From contig CBFGIV010000007.1 in assembly GCA_965648915.1 (NCBI GenBank), positions 132-64,131 on the forward strand: DNA of 64,000 nt, read 5' to 3'. Positions 38,002-47,546 of this stretch are shown piece after piece. Each line of letters opens with the position of its first letter. Within the stretch, counting starts at the first letter, position 1. Made by a program: the position numbers and the translations under genes. The DNA is from a candidate division WOR-3 bacterium. GTDB lineage: Bacteria > Hydrothermota > Tepidihabitantia > SM23-42 > CAYGYG01. The notes beneath the pieces are model-generated. The model saw nothing but the letters and a program-made list of their open reading frames with translations, ran no database searches and was not told the DNA's origin.

Positions 38002-38868
38002 TTAAGCCCTCGGGTGTGCCTTTTTATATAACTCCTTCAGTCTTTCGATTGAGAGATGGGTATAGATCTGAACCGTTGATAATGAGGCATGACCCAAAAG
38101 TTCCTGGACCGCTCTTAGATCAGCACCGTTTTCAAGAAGATGAGATGCAAAAGAATGGCGTAAGATATGGGGATTGGTCCCGGTGACCTCAGAGAGTCTC
38201 ATCAGATAACTTCTCACAATACGCTGGAGCGAACGGGTAGTCAGACGCCCACCTTTATAGTTTAAGAAGAGCGCTTCAGTCTCCCCTTTTCGTTCCTTCA
38301 AGTATTCAATCAGCGCGGTGCGTGCCTTTTCCCCAATCGGCACAATCCGTTCTTTTCTCCCTTTGCCCATAACCCGAACTGTGCAGTTGTGAAGATCAAC
38401 ATCACTAATATTAAGGCCAACCAGTTCACTCGCCCTGAGTCCACAGGAGTAGAGAACTTCAAACATTGCTCGATCTCTCGCCTTTGGCGGTATTGCCATC
38501 GCCTCATTTGCCTGAGTGATTGTCAAAAAAGATGGTAGACGCTTCTTCACCCTGGGTGCCTTAATATTCCGGGCAGGATTATTATCAATCTTTCCCATCC
38601 GGATCAGATAATTAAAGAATGATTTTAATGTTGAAAGTTTGCGTGCCACTGAGCGATTATCAAGACCATAACGCATCAGCGAATAGATAAACTGACCGAT
38701 CTCATTCTTTCCGATCCTTTTCCATTTCTGATCCTCACCATAACTGAAAAACTGTAATAGATCTGAGCGATAATTGCGGACCGTCTGAACCGAGTAATTC
38801 TTCTCTTTCTCTATATAATCAAGAAACCGGCGTGCCTCAATCATTAAATCTTCTCTCGTCTCATCCAT
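38002..38868 (-). CDS. xerC: tyrosine recombinase XerC/XerD
   Basis: GLRASE, GKGRKER, HILRHSFASH, LGH, TVQIYTH; trmFO-xerC synteny. Confidence 0.88.
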   Translation of the reverse strand: MDETREDLMIEARRFLDYIEKEKNYSVQTVRNYRSDLLQFFSYGEDQKWKRIGKNEIGQFIYSLMRYGLDNRSVARKLSTLKSFFNYLIRMGKIDNNPARNIKAPRVKKRLPSFLTITQANEAMAIPPKARDRAMFEVLYSCGLRASELVGLNISDVDLHNCTVRVMGKGRKERIVPIGEKARTALIEYLKERKGETEALFLNYKGGRLTTRSLQRIVRSYLMRLSEVTGTNPHILRHSFASHLLENGADLRAVQELLGHASLSTVQIYTHLSIERLKELYKKAHPRA

Positions 38869-40103
38869 TCTTTCAAGACCTCCAGAGATCTACTTGCTTT
38901 TTCTCTCCTTCCCTCTCTGTTAGGCAGAAGGCCAAAGTTAGCATTCATCGGTGCAAAGTGTGGATTGGGTGTGGTAATATATTTAATCAATCCTCCAACC
39001 ATCGTCTCGGGTGGTGGAACAATCGGTTGAAGACCGGAGATTGTCCGATAGATATTTATCCCAGCCAAAAGCCCTGTGGCAATTGATTCAACATATCCTT
39101 CAACCCCGGTAATCTGACCAGCAAGAAAAAGGTCCGGCCTCTTTTTTGTCGCCAGTGTTGGTTCGAGACACTCTGGTGCCTGGATATATGTATTTCTGTG
39201 GACCGAACCATATCTGAGAAATTTTGCCTTTTTCAGCGCCGGGATCATCCTGAAGACCCGCTCCTGTTCAGAAATCAGCATCTTTGTCTGGCAACCGACC
39301 AGGGAATACATTGACCTTTCAAGATTTTCAGGCCGCAACTGAACGATGGCATAATACTCTCGGTCAAAACCAACTGGCTTAAATGCACCAAAACGGAGGG
39401 TATCAAGACCCGTCTTCAAAGTATCCTCAATCGGGCGACATCCTTCGAAAAATACCGGATCTTCAAAATCGTGCAGGGGGTAGGTTCTGGCCTGAGCGAG
39501 TGCATTGCAGAAGGTTTCATATTCACTCTTATTCAATGGACAGTTAATATAACTGTCATCGATCCCATATCTCGCACCCCGGAAGGTCTTATTCAGATCG
39601 ATCGAATCATAACTAATAATTGGTGAAATGGCGTCATAGAAAAAGAGGAAATCCCGCCCCAAAAATTTGCTGAGACTTTCAGCCAGACGATCAGAGGTTA
39701 AGGGTCCAGTCGCGATGACCGTCAAACCATCGGGTATATCAGTTACTTCGCTCTTGATCAATTCGATATTCTTATCATTTTCAATCATTCCGGTTATCCG
39801 GTGGGCAAATTTGAGACGATCAACACTCAATGATTTTCCTGCCGGGACTCTTGACTCATAGGCAACTTTGAGAAGCACCGAATTCAACAACTTCAACTCC
39901 TCCTTAAGAAGACCGTGGCCATTAGAGATTTCACAGGATTTAAGTGAATTACTGCAGACCAGTTCAGCCAGGAGGTTGGTCTTATGGGCAGGCGTATTCC
40001 TTAATGGTCTCATTTCGAATAACTTTACCCGCACCCCCCGTTGACTTAATTGCAGAGATGCCTCACAACCTGCCAGACCACCACCAATAACAACTACGAT
40101 CAT
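38844..40103 (-). CDS. trmFO: methylenetetrahydrofolate--tRNA-(uracil-5)-methyltransferase TrmFO
   Basis: GGGLAGCEA, EMRP, ELVCSNS, ATGPLT, FYDAISP, RYGSVHRN, AGQITGVEGY. Confidence 0.95.
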   Translation of the reverse strand: MIVVVIGGGLAGCEASLQLSQRGVRVKLFEMRPLRNTPAHKTNLLAELVCSNSLKSCEISNGHGLLKEELKLLNSVLLKVAYESRVPAGKSLSVDRLKFAHRITGMIENDKNIELIKSEVTDIPDGLTVIATGPLTSDRLAESLSKFLGRDFLFFYDAISPIISYDSIDLNKTFRGARYGIDDSYINCPLNKSEYETFCNALAQARTYPLHDFEDPVFFEGCRPIEDTLKTGLDTLRFGAFKPVGFDREYYAIVQLRPENLERSMYSLVGCQTKMLISEQERVFRMIPALKKAKFLRYGSVHRNTYIQAPECLEPTLATKKRPDLFLAGQITGVEGYVESIATGLLAGINIYRTISGLQPIVPPPETMVGGLIKYITTPNPHFAPMNANFGLLPNREGRREKASRSLEVLKEWMRREKI

Positions 40104-41314
40104 TAAAATTGTTTGAGCCGTATTGGTTTGGTGACAACCACCCTGTTTCTGCCGGCCCTTTTCGCTTCATAGAGTGATTCATCGGCTGCTTTAATTAATT
40201 CCTCAGGCTGTAAACCATCCTCGGGATAAGTCGCCACCCCAGCACTGATTGAGATCAGACCGAGGGGCTGGCTCTCCCGATGGGCAAAGGGAAAATCGCC
40301 CAGAACCTTCCTTATCCGTTCGGCCGCCAGTCCACCCTGTTTCTTATCGGTCTCAGGGCAGAGAATGATAAATTCATCACCACCGTAACGGGCGATCAGG
40401 TCGGTCTCCCGTAAAACCTTTTTAACCACATTGGCAAATTGGACAAGCAGACGATCGCCCATAAGATGGCCATGGGTGTCATTATAATTCTTAAAATTAT
40501 CCAAATCCATTATAATCAAAGAGAAGGGATGCTGAAATCTCTGTGCCCGCTTGACCTCTTCTCGCAATCGCTCTCTGAAATATTGAACATTATAAAGTTT
40601 GGTCAGGCCATCAATAGCGGCTGAATCCTGAAGTTGTTCAAAACTCAATGCATTATTCAGGGCAATGGCTGATGCCTGGGCAATCACCATCAACAACTGC
40701 TTTTCCTGATCCGAAACCACAGGCAGATCAGCGACTGTTAAAACCCCTAACAGACGATTTTGAAAAATAACCGGTGCGCAGATCGCCGGGTCAAAGTTAA
40801 ATTGTGGCTTCTTACCGTTTGGGTGTCGATCAGCAATCACCTCATGTTCAAAGTCTCGCTCCGTCATCGGAACCCTTCGTTGTGCCACACTACCAACCCT
40901 GCCTTCACCAATCTTAAATCTTAAATTTCGGCTCAGATCAGATGCCAGGCCGCGATGGGCGGCAACATACAACTCATCGCTTCCCGGGGCGAGCATAAAG
41001 AGGGCAGTCTGTCTGGCATTTAAGAGGTCCTTGGCCAGGCTAACAATATCTTCCTGAATCTCAGGCAATTTCATTTTCGAATTAATGCGAATTAGTGAAT
41101 CGAGAAGAAGGGTCTGACTTAAGTGAAACTGTTTGAGTCGATTTAGTAGGCTCTTATTATCCTGAGAGAAACGCCGGATCTCTTCCCGGTAGATATTCTC
41201 TTTATCCTGTAACTGCCTTGAAAGATCAAGGCGTGATCTTAACTCCACCAGCCATAAAACAAGAAAGACAACGGCCAGGACTATACCACCAATTGAATAA
41301 AGATCTATTTGCAT
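40103..41314 (-). CDS. membrane-anchored GAF + GGDEF diguanylate cyclase
   Basis: N-terminal TM, GAF-like region, DGLTKLYN, intact GGDEF with RxxD I-site (RETD) five residues upstream. Confidence 0.9.
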   Translation of the reverse strand: MQIDLYSIGGIVLAVVFLVLWLVELRSRLDLSRQLQDKENIYREEIRRFSQDNKSLLNRLKQFHLSQTLLLDSLIRINSKMKLPEIQEDIVSLAKDLLNARQTALFMLAPGSDELYVAAHRGLASDLSRNLRFKIGEGRVGSVAQRRVPMTERDFEHEVIADRHPNGKKPQFNFDPAICAPVIFQNRLLGVLTVADLPVVSDQEKQLLMVIAQASAIALNNALSFEQLQDSAAIDGLTKLYNVQYFRERLREEVKRAQRFQHPFSLIIMDLDNFKNYNDTHGHLMGDRLLVQFANVVKKVLRETDLIARYGGDEFIILCPETDKKQGGLAAERIRKVLGDFPFAHRESQPLGLISISAGVATYPEDGLQPEELIKAADESLYEAKRAGRNRVVVTKPIRLKQF

Positions 41315-41404
41315 AGCAAAATTAATATAAGACTAAATTTCACAAAATCTTAAATCATCGCCCGATAAGAAAATAACCCCCTTACAAGATATATTACTTA
41401 TTAT

Positions 41405-42055
41405 TTATTTAAAGTCAAGTGTGCTTTTCTGGAAACTTCGATTAAAAACTTTTTCAAAATTCTTTCTAACCCGCTCTTTAATCTCTTCCATTGGAAGAAT
41501 TCTATTTAAGATCTGGGCCATCGAAGTCATCTCAACCCCCTTTAAGCCGCAAGGGATGATCAACTTAAAATATTCGAGGTCATTATTGACATTTAAGGCA
41601 AAACCGTGGAAGGTAACCCATCGCTTCACCGCGATACCGATCGAAGCAATCTTCTTATCGTTAATCCAGACGCCGATATTTTTTGGTTTTAATCCTGCCT
41701 TTATACCAAAATCATCGAGTGCGCCGATTAGTGCCATCTCAATCCGCTCGACAAAACTTCTCAATCCTGCCAGGCGTTCTTTAAGAAAGAATATCGGGTA
41801 GCCAACCAGTTGACCCGGCCCATGAAAGGTAACATCCCCGCCTCTTTCAATCTTATAGAATTCAATACCCCGGGCCTTAAGTAAATTTTCTGAGATGAGA
41901 AGATTTTCCGCCCGACCGCTCTTGCCCTGGGTGATTACGGGAAAGTGTTCAAGAAGCAGAAGGGTATCGGGTATTTCACCCGATACCCTTCTTGCGTGCA
42001 AATCTTTCTGGAGATCCCAGGCTTCTTTATAATGAACCAAGCCCAGGTCGATCAA
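41405..42055 (-). CDS. lipB: lipoyl(octanoyl) transferase
   Basis: LEHFPVITQG, RGGDVTFHGPGQLVGYP, KIASIG, HGFALNV, PCG. Start uncertain (TTG42055 just after the upstream stop; ORF track start 42139). Confidence 0.92.
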   Translation of the reverse strand: MIDLGLVHYKEAWDLQKDLHARRVSGEIPDTLLLLEHFPVITQGKSGRAENLLISENLLKARGIEFYKIERGGDVTFHGPGQLVGYPIFFLKERLAGLRSFVERIEMALIGALDDFGIKAGLKPKNIGVWINDKKIASIGIAVKRWVTFHGFALNVNNDLEYFKLIIPCGLKGVEMTSMAQILNRILPMEEIKERVRKNFEKVFNRSFQKSTLDFK

Positions 42056-42065
42056 ATAGCTACTA

Positions 42066-42578
42066 TCAGAAGTAGTAGTGGAATCCAAGGTTTGGTGCCA
42101 GGGAACTGGTTCCAAGATAGAAGTAGAGATCTCCTTCAATGATGTCGAAGTGCATCAGCCCGACACCCATTTCAATGCCGAGATTGTTGATCTGATTTAA
42201 GAAAAATTCGGCATTGAGTAGAACCGGGATGCGAAAGGTTTCTATATCTTCAACAAAGGCAAAATTGAAACCGACCTTGGTCAGAAGATTGAGATTTGAT
42301 TCAGAGACAATGTTATAGAGAATACCTGTGCCGATGCCCAAAGTTGTTTCACCATCGAGGGTCATCACAAAATTACCACTTAAACCAACTTTGGGATCGA
42401 GATAGGTCCGAACCGATAGTGCATTGTATGATAAACTTCCGATCAGTGGAACACCGGGCAGTGGAGCAATCGGCGTAAGCATAATTTCTGAACCGACACC
42501 AATACGACCGGAAAGGTCCTTGGCCCAGACCGGCACCAGACAAACAAACAGCAGGAGACCAACAATCGCTTTTTTCAT
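42066..42578 (-). CDS. small outer-membrane beta-barrel protein
   Basis: Signal peptide, alternating beta-strand pattern, C-terminal ..GFHYYF; TTGACA-N16-TATAAT promoter and GAGGAGG SD. Confidence 0.7.
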   Translation of the reverse strand: MKKAIVGLLLFVCLVPVWAKDLSGRIGVGSEIMLTPIAPLPGVPLIGSLSYNALSVRTYLDPKVGLSGNFVMTLDGETTLGIGTGILYNIVSESNLNLLTKVGFNFAFVEDIETFRIPVLLNAEFFLNQINNLGIEMGVGLMHFDIIEGDLYFYLGTSSLAPNLGFHYYF

Positions 42579-42657
42579 CTAACCTCCTCCACAATTATAA
42601 CCAATCATATCCAATTGTCAAGGCGATTAATTATCGGAAAAAATTAAAATTTCTCAG

Positions 42658-45174
42658 TTATTTTACAACCACCGCCTTTTTAATCTTAACCTTATCACCA
42701 TTAACGGTCAAGACCACAAAATAGACACCGCCGGGCAGATGATTCAATTCCCAGGATTTTTGACCCACGAATTTTTCTGAAGAGTATCGGAGCAAACATT
42801 GACCGAGAGTATTATAGACCGAGAGTTTCAATTTTGTCATTGTATTTACTGTGCAGTAAATCCTCGGCTGACCAAACCCTCTTACCTCGAAGGTGACATC
42901 GTTAATTTCTTCTAACATCTTCTCTTCAACAGCCAGGTCCTCGATGGTGAAATAGTTATTACTTCTATCCGAGGCACTGTTTCCTGCAAAGTCATAGGCA
43001 TCAATTCGCACATAGCAGCGATTTGAAGGTGTCCTGGGCACAGTCCAGCTGTAAGAGCCGTCGTTAATTTCATTATAAGCAACTCCATTGTAAGAAGCTC
43101 CACCGTTTATTGAATAGAAAATATCAATGTCATCTACCCCCAGGTTATCACTGGCGTTCCAGAGGATATTATAACTCTGACCACTCCTCAAAACCTCACC
43201 GCCATTTGGCTGGATGACAGTAACCGAAGGGCTGATTGTATCGAGAGTTCCCAAGGTATGAATACCACGATCATTACTCGCATATCGATAATTATTATTC
43301 CCCACCTGCAGCCAGGCAACATCGTAGGCATTGGTCAGGTTATAACTGATGTCGCTCCAGGAATTTCCACCATCTGATGTATAAAAGATCCCCGCATAGT
43401 TTGCAATCAGGACCTGAGACGGATTTGCAGGATTTATCGCCAAACGATTATTCATATCTAAATTTGGATTGGGTAGTTGACTCCAGGTCAATCCACCATC
43501 AGTGCTCTTGACGATTAACTGATAACCACAGGCATAGACAATGTTAGGGGAAGAGAACGAAAATTTAATATCATAGAGATAGAGGAAATATGGACCAGTA
43601 TACACCGCTGTCCAGTTTCTTCCACAATCGGTTGTGCGAAAAATATATGCGTAATTGTTAAAGTTGGCAATCGCCAGGACAATATTGGTATCCCGGGGAT
43701 GGGGTGCAACTGTAACCCAGGTAAGGAATGTATCGGTTGAAGTCCGCGTATAACTATCACCTTTATTCGCCGATTTGTATATACCCTTGGGATAACCCGC
43801 CTGACTCTGATTTTTAGCACCCCATACATAGTTAGCATTGGCTCTTGAGAAAACTACCCGGTTCAGCGTCGGCTCATAAGGATACCAGGACGATCCACCA
43901 TTGGTGCTCTTTACCGCCATTCCGTTGCAGGCAATTACGGTATTGACATCGGTTGGATCCACCGCCACGCCCGGTGATTCAGTTCCTTCAAGTATTTTTA
44001 CCCATCTTTTTCCACCATCGGTTGTCTTCTGAATCGTCCCCCAGTATCGAGCACCATAGGTAGCTGAATAGATTATATTCTGACTCACCGCCTCAATACT
44101 TCCACCATTTGCATGTAATCGATAATTTCTTCCCTGCCAGGTATTGCCCAGGTCTGTGGTCAACTGAAAACCACCATAACCGCTAACAATTGCGCCATTG
44201 CTATTGCTGGGCAGGGGCAAAACCCCATAGCCGCTGGGTCCGCCGAAATTTGAAACGGGTTGAAAACTTACTCCCCGGTTAGTGCTCAAATAGACTCCTT
44301 TCCCCTGATAGATAAATCCAACCACCCAGACAATATTGGGATCGAGGGGCGATACCCTTACTTTATAGAAATGGCTGAAGGAAGGGGCCTGAATCCTCAA
44401 ACTCCAGGTATTACCAAAATCTGAACTGCGGTAGAGGCCTACACCACTCTGAGATACACCTTGATCAGAAATAGCATACAGGATATTTGAATTCTGCGGG
44501 TCAACCGCTATTGAATATATATTTGCGAATGGCAGGTTAGTGCCAATCTGGGTCCAGGTTAATCCTCCATCAGTTGAACGGTAAATATAGTCGGTCACCT
44601 TTCCCGCAACATAGATTGTGTCAGGACAGCGCGGGTCACAAGCAAACTCCTGGCAGCGAACATCATTTATTTTTGTCCAAGTCACACCAGCATTAGTACT
44701 GCGATAAATCCCTCGATAAGATGCACCGGCCAGTAAAATATTTGGATTCTTTCTTGAACAGTGGATGGCGTGAAAACAGGTATCAACCGGTGAGATATCC
44801 TGCCAGGTAAGCCCCCCATTCGTAGTCTTATAGACTCCGCCCCGGTAACCATTAGCACTACCTCCTTGAGCAATATAAATATTAGAAGGATTATTATAAT
44901 CATAGTCGATCTGATGAATACCACCTCTTGTTGGATCAATCCCCTTCTCCCTCAGTTGCCAGCGCGCACCAAAACTTCTTGAGTAATAGAGTCCCGCACC
45001 TCCACTATAATTTACCTCCATTGTAGCGGTTGTTCCGATCAAATCGATATAACTGGGTGGCAGGCAGATAATATAAGTCATAGCCCCACCTTCTGGTCCC
45101 TGTAAAGAAACCCAGCCTTGCTGACATAATAGTAGATTTATGAATATTAAACCTGTAAAAAGCATCCTCATCAT
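42658..45174 (-). CDS. secreted BNR/VPS10-like Asp-box repeat protein with T9SS-like CTD
   Basis: Many (S/T)xxxGxxW boxes, Ig-like PNGGE domain, CTD ..GGVYFV; SD AGGAG before ATG45174. Confidence 0.78.
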   Translation of the reverse strand: MMRMLFTGLIFINLLLCQQGWVSLQGPEGGAMTYIICLPPSYIDLIGTTATMEVNYSGGAGLYYSRSFGARWQLREKGIDPTRGGIHQIDYDYNNPSNIYIAQGGSANGYRGGVYKTTNGGLTWQDISPVDTCFHAIHCSRKNPNILLAGASYRGIYRSTNAGVTWTKINDVRCQEFACDPRCPDTIYVAGKVTDYIYRSTDGGLTWTQIGTNLPFANIYSIAVDPQNSNILYAISDQGVSQSGVGLYRSSDFGNTWSLRIQAPSFSHFYKVRVSPLDPNIVWVVGFIYQGKGVYLSTNRGVSFQPVSNFGGPSGYGVLPLPSNSNGAIVSGYGGFQLTTDLGNTWQGRNYRLHANGGSIEAVSQNIIYSATYGARYWGTIQKTTDGGKRWVKILEGTESPGVAVDPTDVNTVIACNGMAVKSTNGGSSWYPYEPTLNRVVFSRANANYVWGAKNQSQAGYPKGIYKSANKGDSYTRTSTDTFLTWVTVAPHPRDTNIVLAIANFNNYAYIFRTTDCGRNWTAVYTGPYFLYLYDIKFSFSSPNIVYACGYQLIVKSTDGGLTWSQLPNPNLDMNNRLAINPANPSQVLIANYAGIFYTSDGGNSWSDISYNLTNAYDVAWLQVGNNNYRYASNDRGIHTLGTLDTISPSVTVIQPNGGEVLRSGQSYNILWNASDNLGVDDIDIFYSINGGASYNGVAYNEINDGSYSWTVPRTPSNRCYVRIDAYDFAGNSASDRSNNYFTIEDLAVEEKMLEEINDVTFEVRGFGQPRIYCTVNTMTKLKLSVYNTLGQCLLRYSSEKFVGQKSWELNHLPGGVYFVVLTVNGDKVKIKKAVVVK

Positions 45175-45319
45175 AATATCTCCTTTCATCCTATATTCTA
45201 TTCTATAATATGAGCATGCCAACCTCCTCAAATTTCTCTAATCGCTGAGATTTCAGAATTTTTTAGTCTTTTGTCTTAAATATTGACTTTTGTTCAATAT
45301 TGATTAAAATTTTCAAATT

Positions 45320-47530
45320 ATGCATACAAGATATGATTTACTTTTTAAGTATGAGTGTATTCAAGAATATTTGGGAAGTAAGTGGTCATTGCGTAAACTT
45401 GCACAGGAAAAATCGGTCCATTTTACTACTTTGCAAAGATGGCTTAATGATTATAAAAGCAACCGTGAGTTTCTGATAAATGAAATTTTGAAATGCAGAA
45501 AAAATCCTTTTTCGCAGATAAGAGCAGTAATAAAGATAAAAGAGAGCAATCCCAATATAACTATTAAATTAGCCCAGGGTATTTTAAAGAAAAAGGGAGT
45601 CTCCCTCTCCGCCCGGAAAATCTGGACGATCTGGCAGGACTGGGGTTATGCCGGCTTCAATAAAAAATACATTTCCAATATGTATATAAAATCTCTCTAC
45701 ATTTCCAATGAGACTAAAATGATAACAGAATTTTTGAAAAAGCATAAAGACCATATTCCTCTGCAATTATTCCGGAAAATTCTCTTCAGGGTACCAGTTT
45801 TGAATGATGAAGGTTTCCTTATCCAGATCGAACCTGAAATTCTGCCTCTGCACCATCGCCTTGCTCAATTGTATTTGAATTTTGGGAAAAGACCACTGCA
45901 TGAACTGATCAGAATTGCCCGTGATTTAAAAAATAAATTTTTTAAAAAAAAGTGGATTTATTCTTTTTTACGGGCAAATTTTGCCGAGATTTTTATACTG
46001 GACTGGATGGGCCATTTTGATAAAGAATACCGGCTAATAAAAAATACTGAGCCATTTTATCTAAGATTGCAGGACGCTGGGCTCTCTTTCTCATTCTTTA
46101 TGTGCAAAGCCCGGTGCTGCCAATCACTCTTGAAGTCTGAAGAAGCAAAGAACGCACTGCAGATCTGTAAAAATGTTTTGAAAAACCTTAGCGCTAAACC
46201 ACTCGCTCTTTTATCCGATATGGCAACACTGGCAACCTCAGCGGGTTTTATAAAAGATGCGGAAAAATGGCTCCAGGCAATGGAAAAATCAGCAGAGCAT
46301 AAACAACTTGGTAGTTTCTATATGGCGAAATTGGCATCTAAGTTAGCAAATGGCGAATTCAACCAGGCACTGGAGATAAACGAAAGGACCAGACATATAT
46401 GGGGTTATGAATCAAGAATATACCTGATCAAAGCCCAGCAGGAATTATTAAGGGGAAATCCCGAGCAGGCAATCGATTATGCCGCCCGGGGTTTGAGACA
46501 GGCACAAAGTGAAAACATCCTGCCCCATCTCTCCCGGATTTTACTGATCACATTCGGGGCCAAGTATGCCTTGGGTCAGAAAAAAGAAGTTGAGCGAACC
46601 GTAAGCGACTATTTACCGATATTTAAAAAGAATAGTATGGTAGGTCAGGTTTTAACATTTGACAGCTTAATCCGGAAAAAGTTCAATCTGCCCGGTTCTG
46701 ATTTGACCCCGCCCCAAAAACTTCTTTTAATATTATGCCAGGCAAATCAGGGGCCAAAATACTTTTTTAAAAGGGCAATGGACTTTGCTGTAAAAAATAA
46801 GATCTTGGGGATATTCTTGCTCTATACCTTATTTTTTCCTGATTTAGTGAATAGTTATCTGAAAAAAGGGAAGCGATTAAATCTTCCCTCCGGATACTTG
46901 CTGTTACCTGCCTTCAACACTGCTCAGCCCTATTACGAGATTCTTCTTTTAGGTCAACTGCGCATATTAAGGAACAATATTCCTATAAGACCGCTGAATT
47001 TACGGCCGAAAGAAGGAGCGCTTCTTGCTTACCTCAGTCTTTTCGCAAGCCAGGATTTGAATATTGAAGGAATCTACCAGAATTTCTGGCCTGATAAAAA
47101 GAATGCACGTCAGTATTTTTACCAGACAATATCAAGAATAAGACTGGCCTTGAAACTACCAGGAAATTCATTAAAAATTAAAAAATCAAAATTACTCATT
47201 CACTACCACTTCACCACGGACTGGCTGAAGTTTAACGATCTCACCTCTCAGGCCAAAGCCCTGATCCTGGCAAATGAACATCGCCTCGCATTGAAGAAAT
47301 ACACTGAGGCGCTCAAACTTTACCGTGGTGAACCATTCAAGAAGAATTTTGATGAATGGTCAATGCAGATGAGACAGAAGATCTTACTTCAGTTTGAAAA
47401 CGAGGCAATAAATTTTGTCCGTTATTATATAGAACAGGGAAATAAAAATAATGCCAGAAAGATTTTACAAAAGGTCTTAAAAATAATACCTCATTTGCGT
47501 GATGCGCCGAGACTACTCGAGACCCTTTAA
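45320..47530 (+). CDS. HTH - TPR-like - winged-HTH/BTAD transcriptional regulator
   Basis: N-terminal SLRKLAQEKSVHFTTLQRWL HTH and a second wHTH; C-terminal LLGQLRI..RPKE.ALLAYL..LYRGEPF BTAD-like region. Confidence 0.7.
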   Translation: MHTRYDLLFKYECIQEYLGSKWSLRKLAQEKSVHFTTLQRWLNDYKSNREFLINEILKCRKNPFSQIRAVIKIKESNPNITIKLAQGILKKKGVSLSARKIWTIWQDWGYAGFNKKYISNMYIKSLYISNETKMITEFLKKHKDHIPLQLFRKILFRVPVLNDEGFLIQIEPEILPLHHRLAQLYLNFGKRPLHELIRIARDLKNKFFKKKWIYSFLRANFAEIFILDWMGHFDKEYRLIKNTEPFYLRLQDAGLSFSFFMCKARCCQSLLKSEEAKNALQICKNVLKNLSAKPLALLSDMATLATSAGFIKDAEKWLQAMEKSAEHKQLGSFYMAKLASKLANGEFNQALEINERTRHIWGYESRIYLIKAQQELLRGNPEQAIDYAARGLRQAQSENILPHLSRILLITFGAKYALGQKKEVERTVSDYLPIFKKNSMVGQVLTFDSLIRKKFNLPGSDLTPPQKLLLILCQANQGPKYFFKRAMDFAVKNKILGIFLLYTLFFPDLVNSYLKKGKRLNLPSGYLLLPAFNTAQPYYEILLLGQLRILRNNIPIRPLNLRPKEGALLAYLSLFASQDLNIEGIYQNFWPDKKNARQYFYQTISRIRLALKLPGNSLKIKKSKLLIHYHFTTDWLKFNDLTSQAKALILANEHRLALKKYTEALKLYRGEPFKKNFDEWSMQMRQKILLQFENEAINFVRYYIEQGNKNNARKILQKVLKIIPHLRDAPRLLETL

Positions 47531-47546
47531 CCGATTAGTCTATAAT

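Noticed and set aside
38002-38868. xerC as an integron or prophage integrase driving the CTD gene arrays
   Set aside because: It lacks the integron-integrase insertion, sits in housekeeping trmFO-xerC context, and I found no attC-like or att sites.
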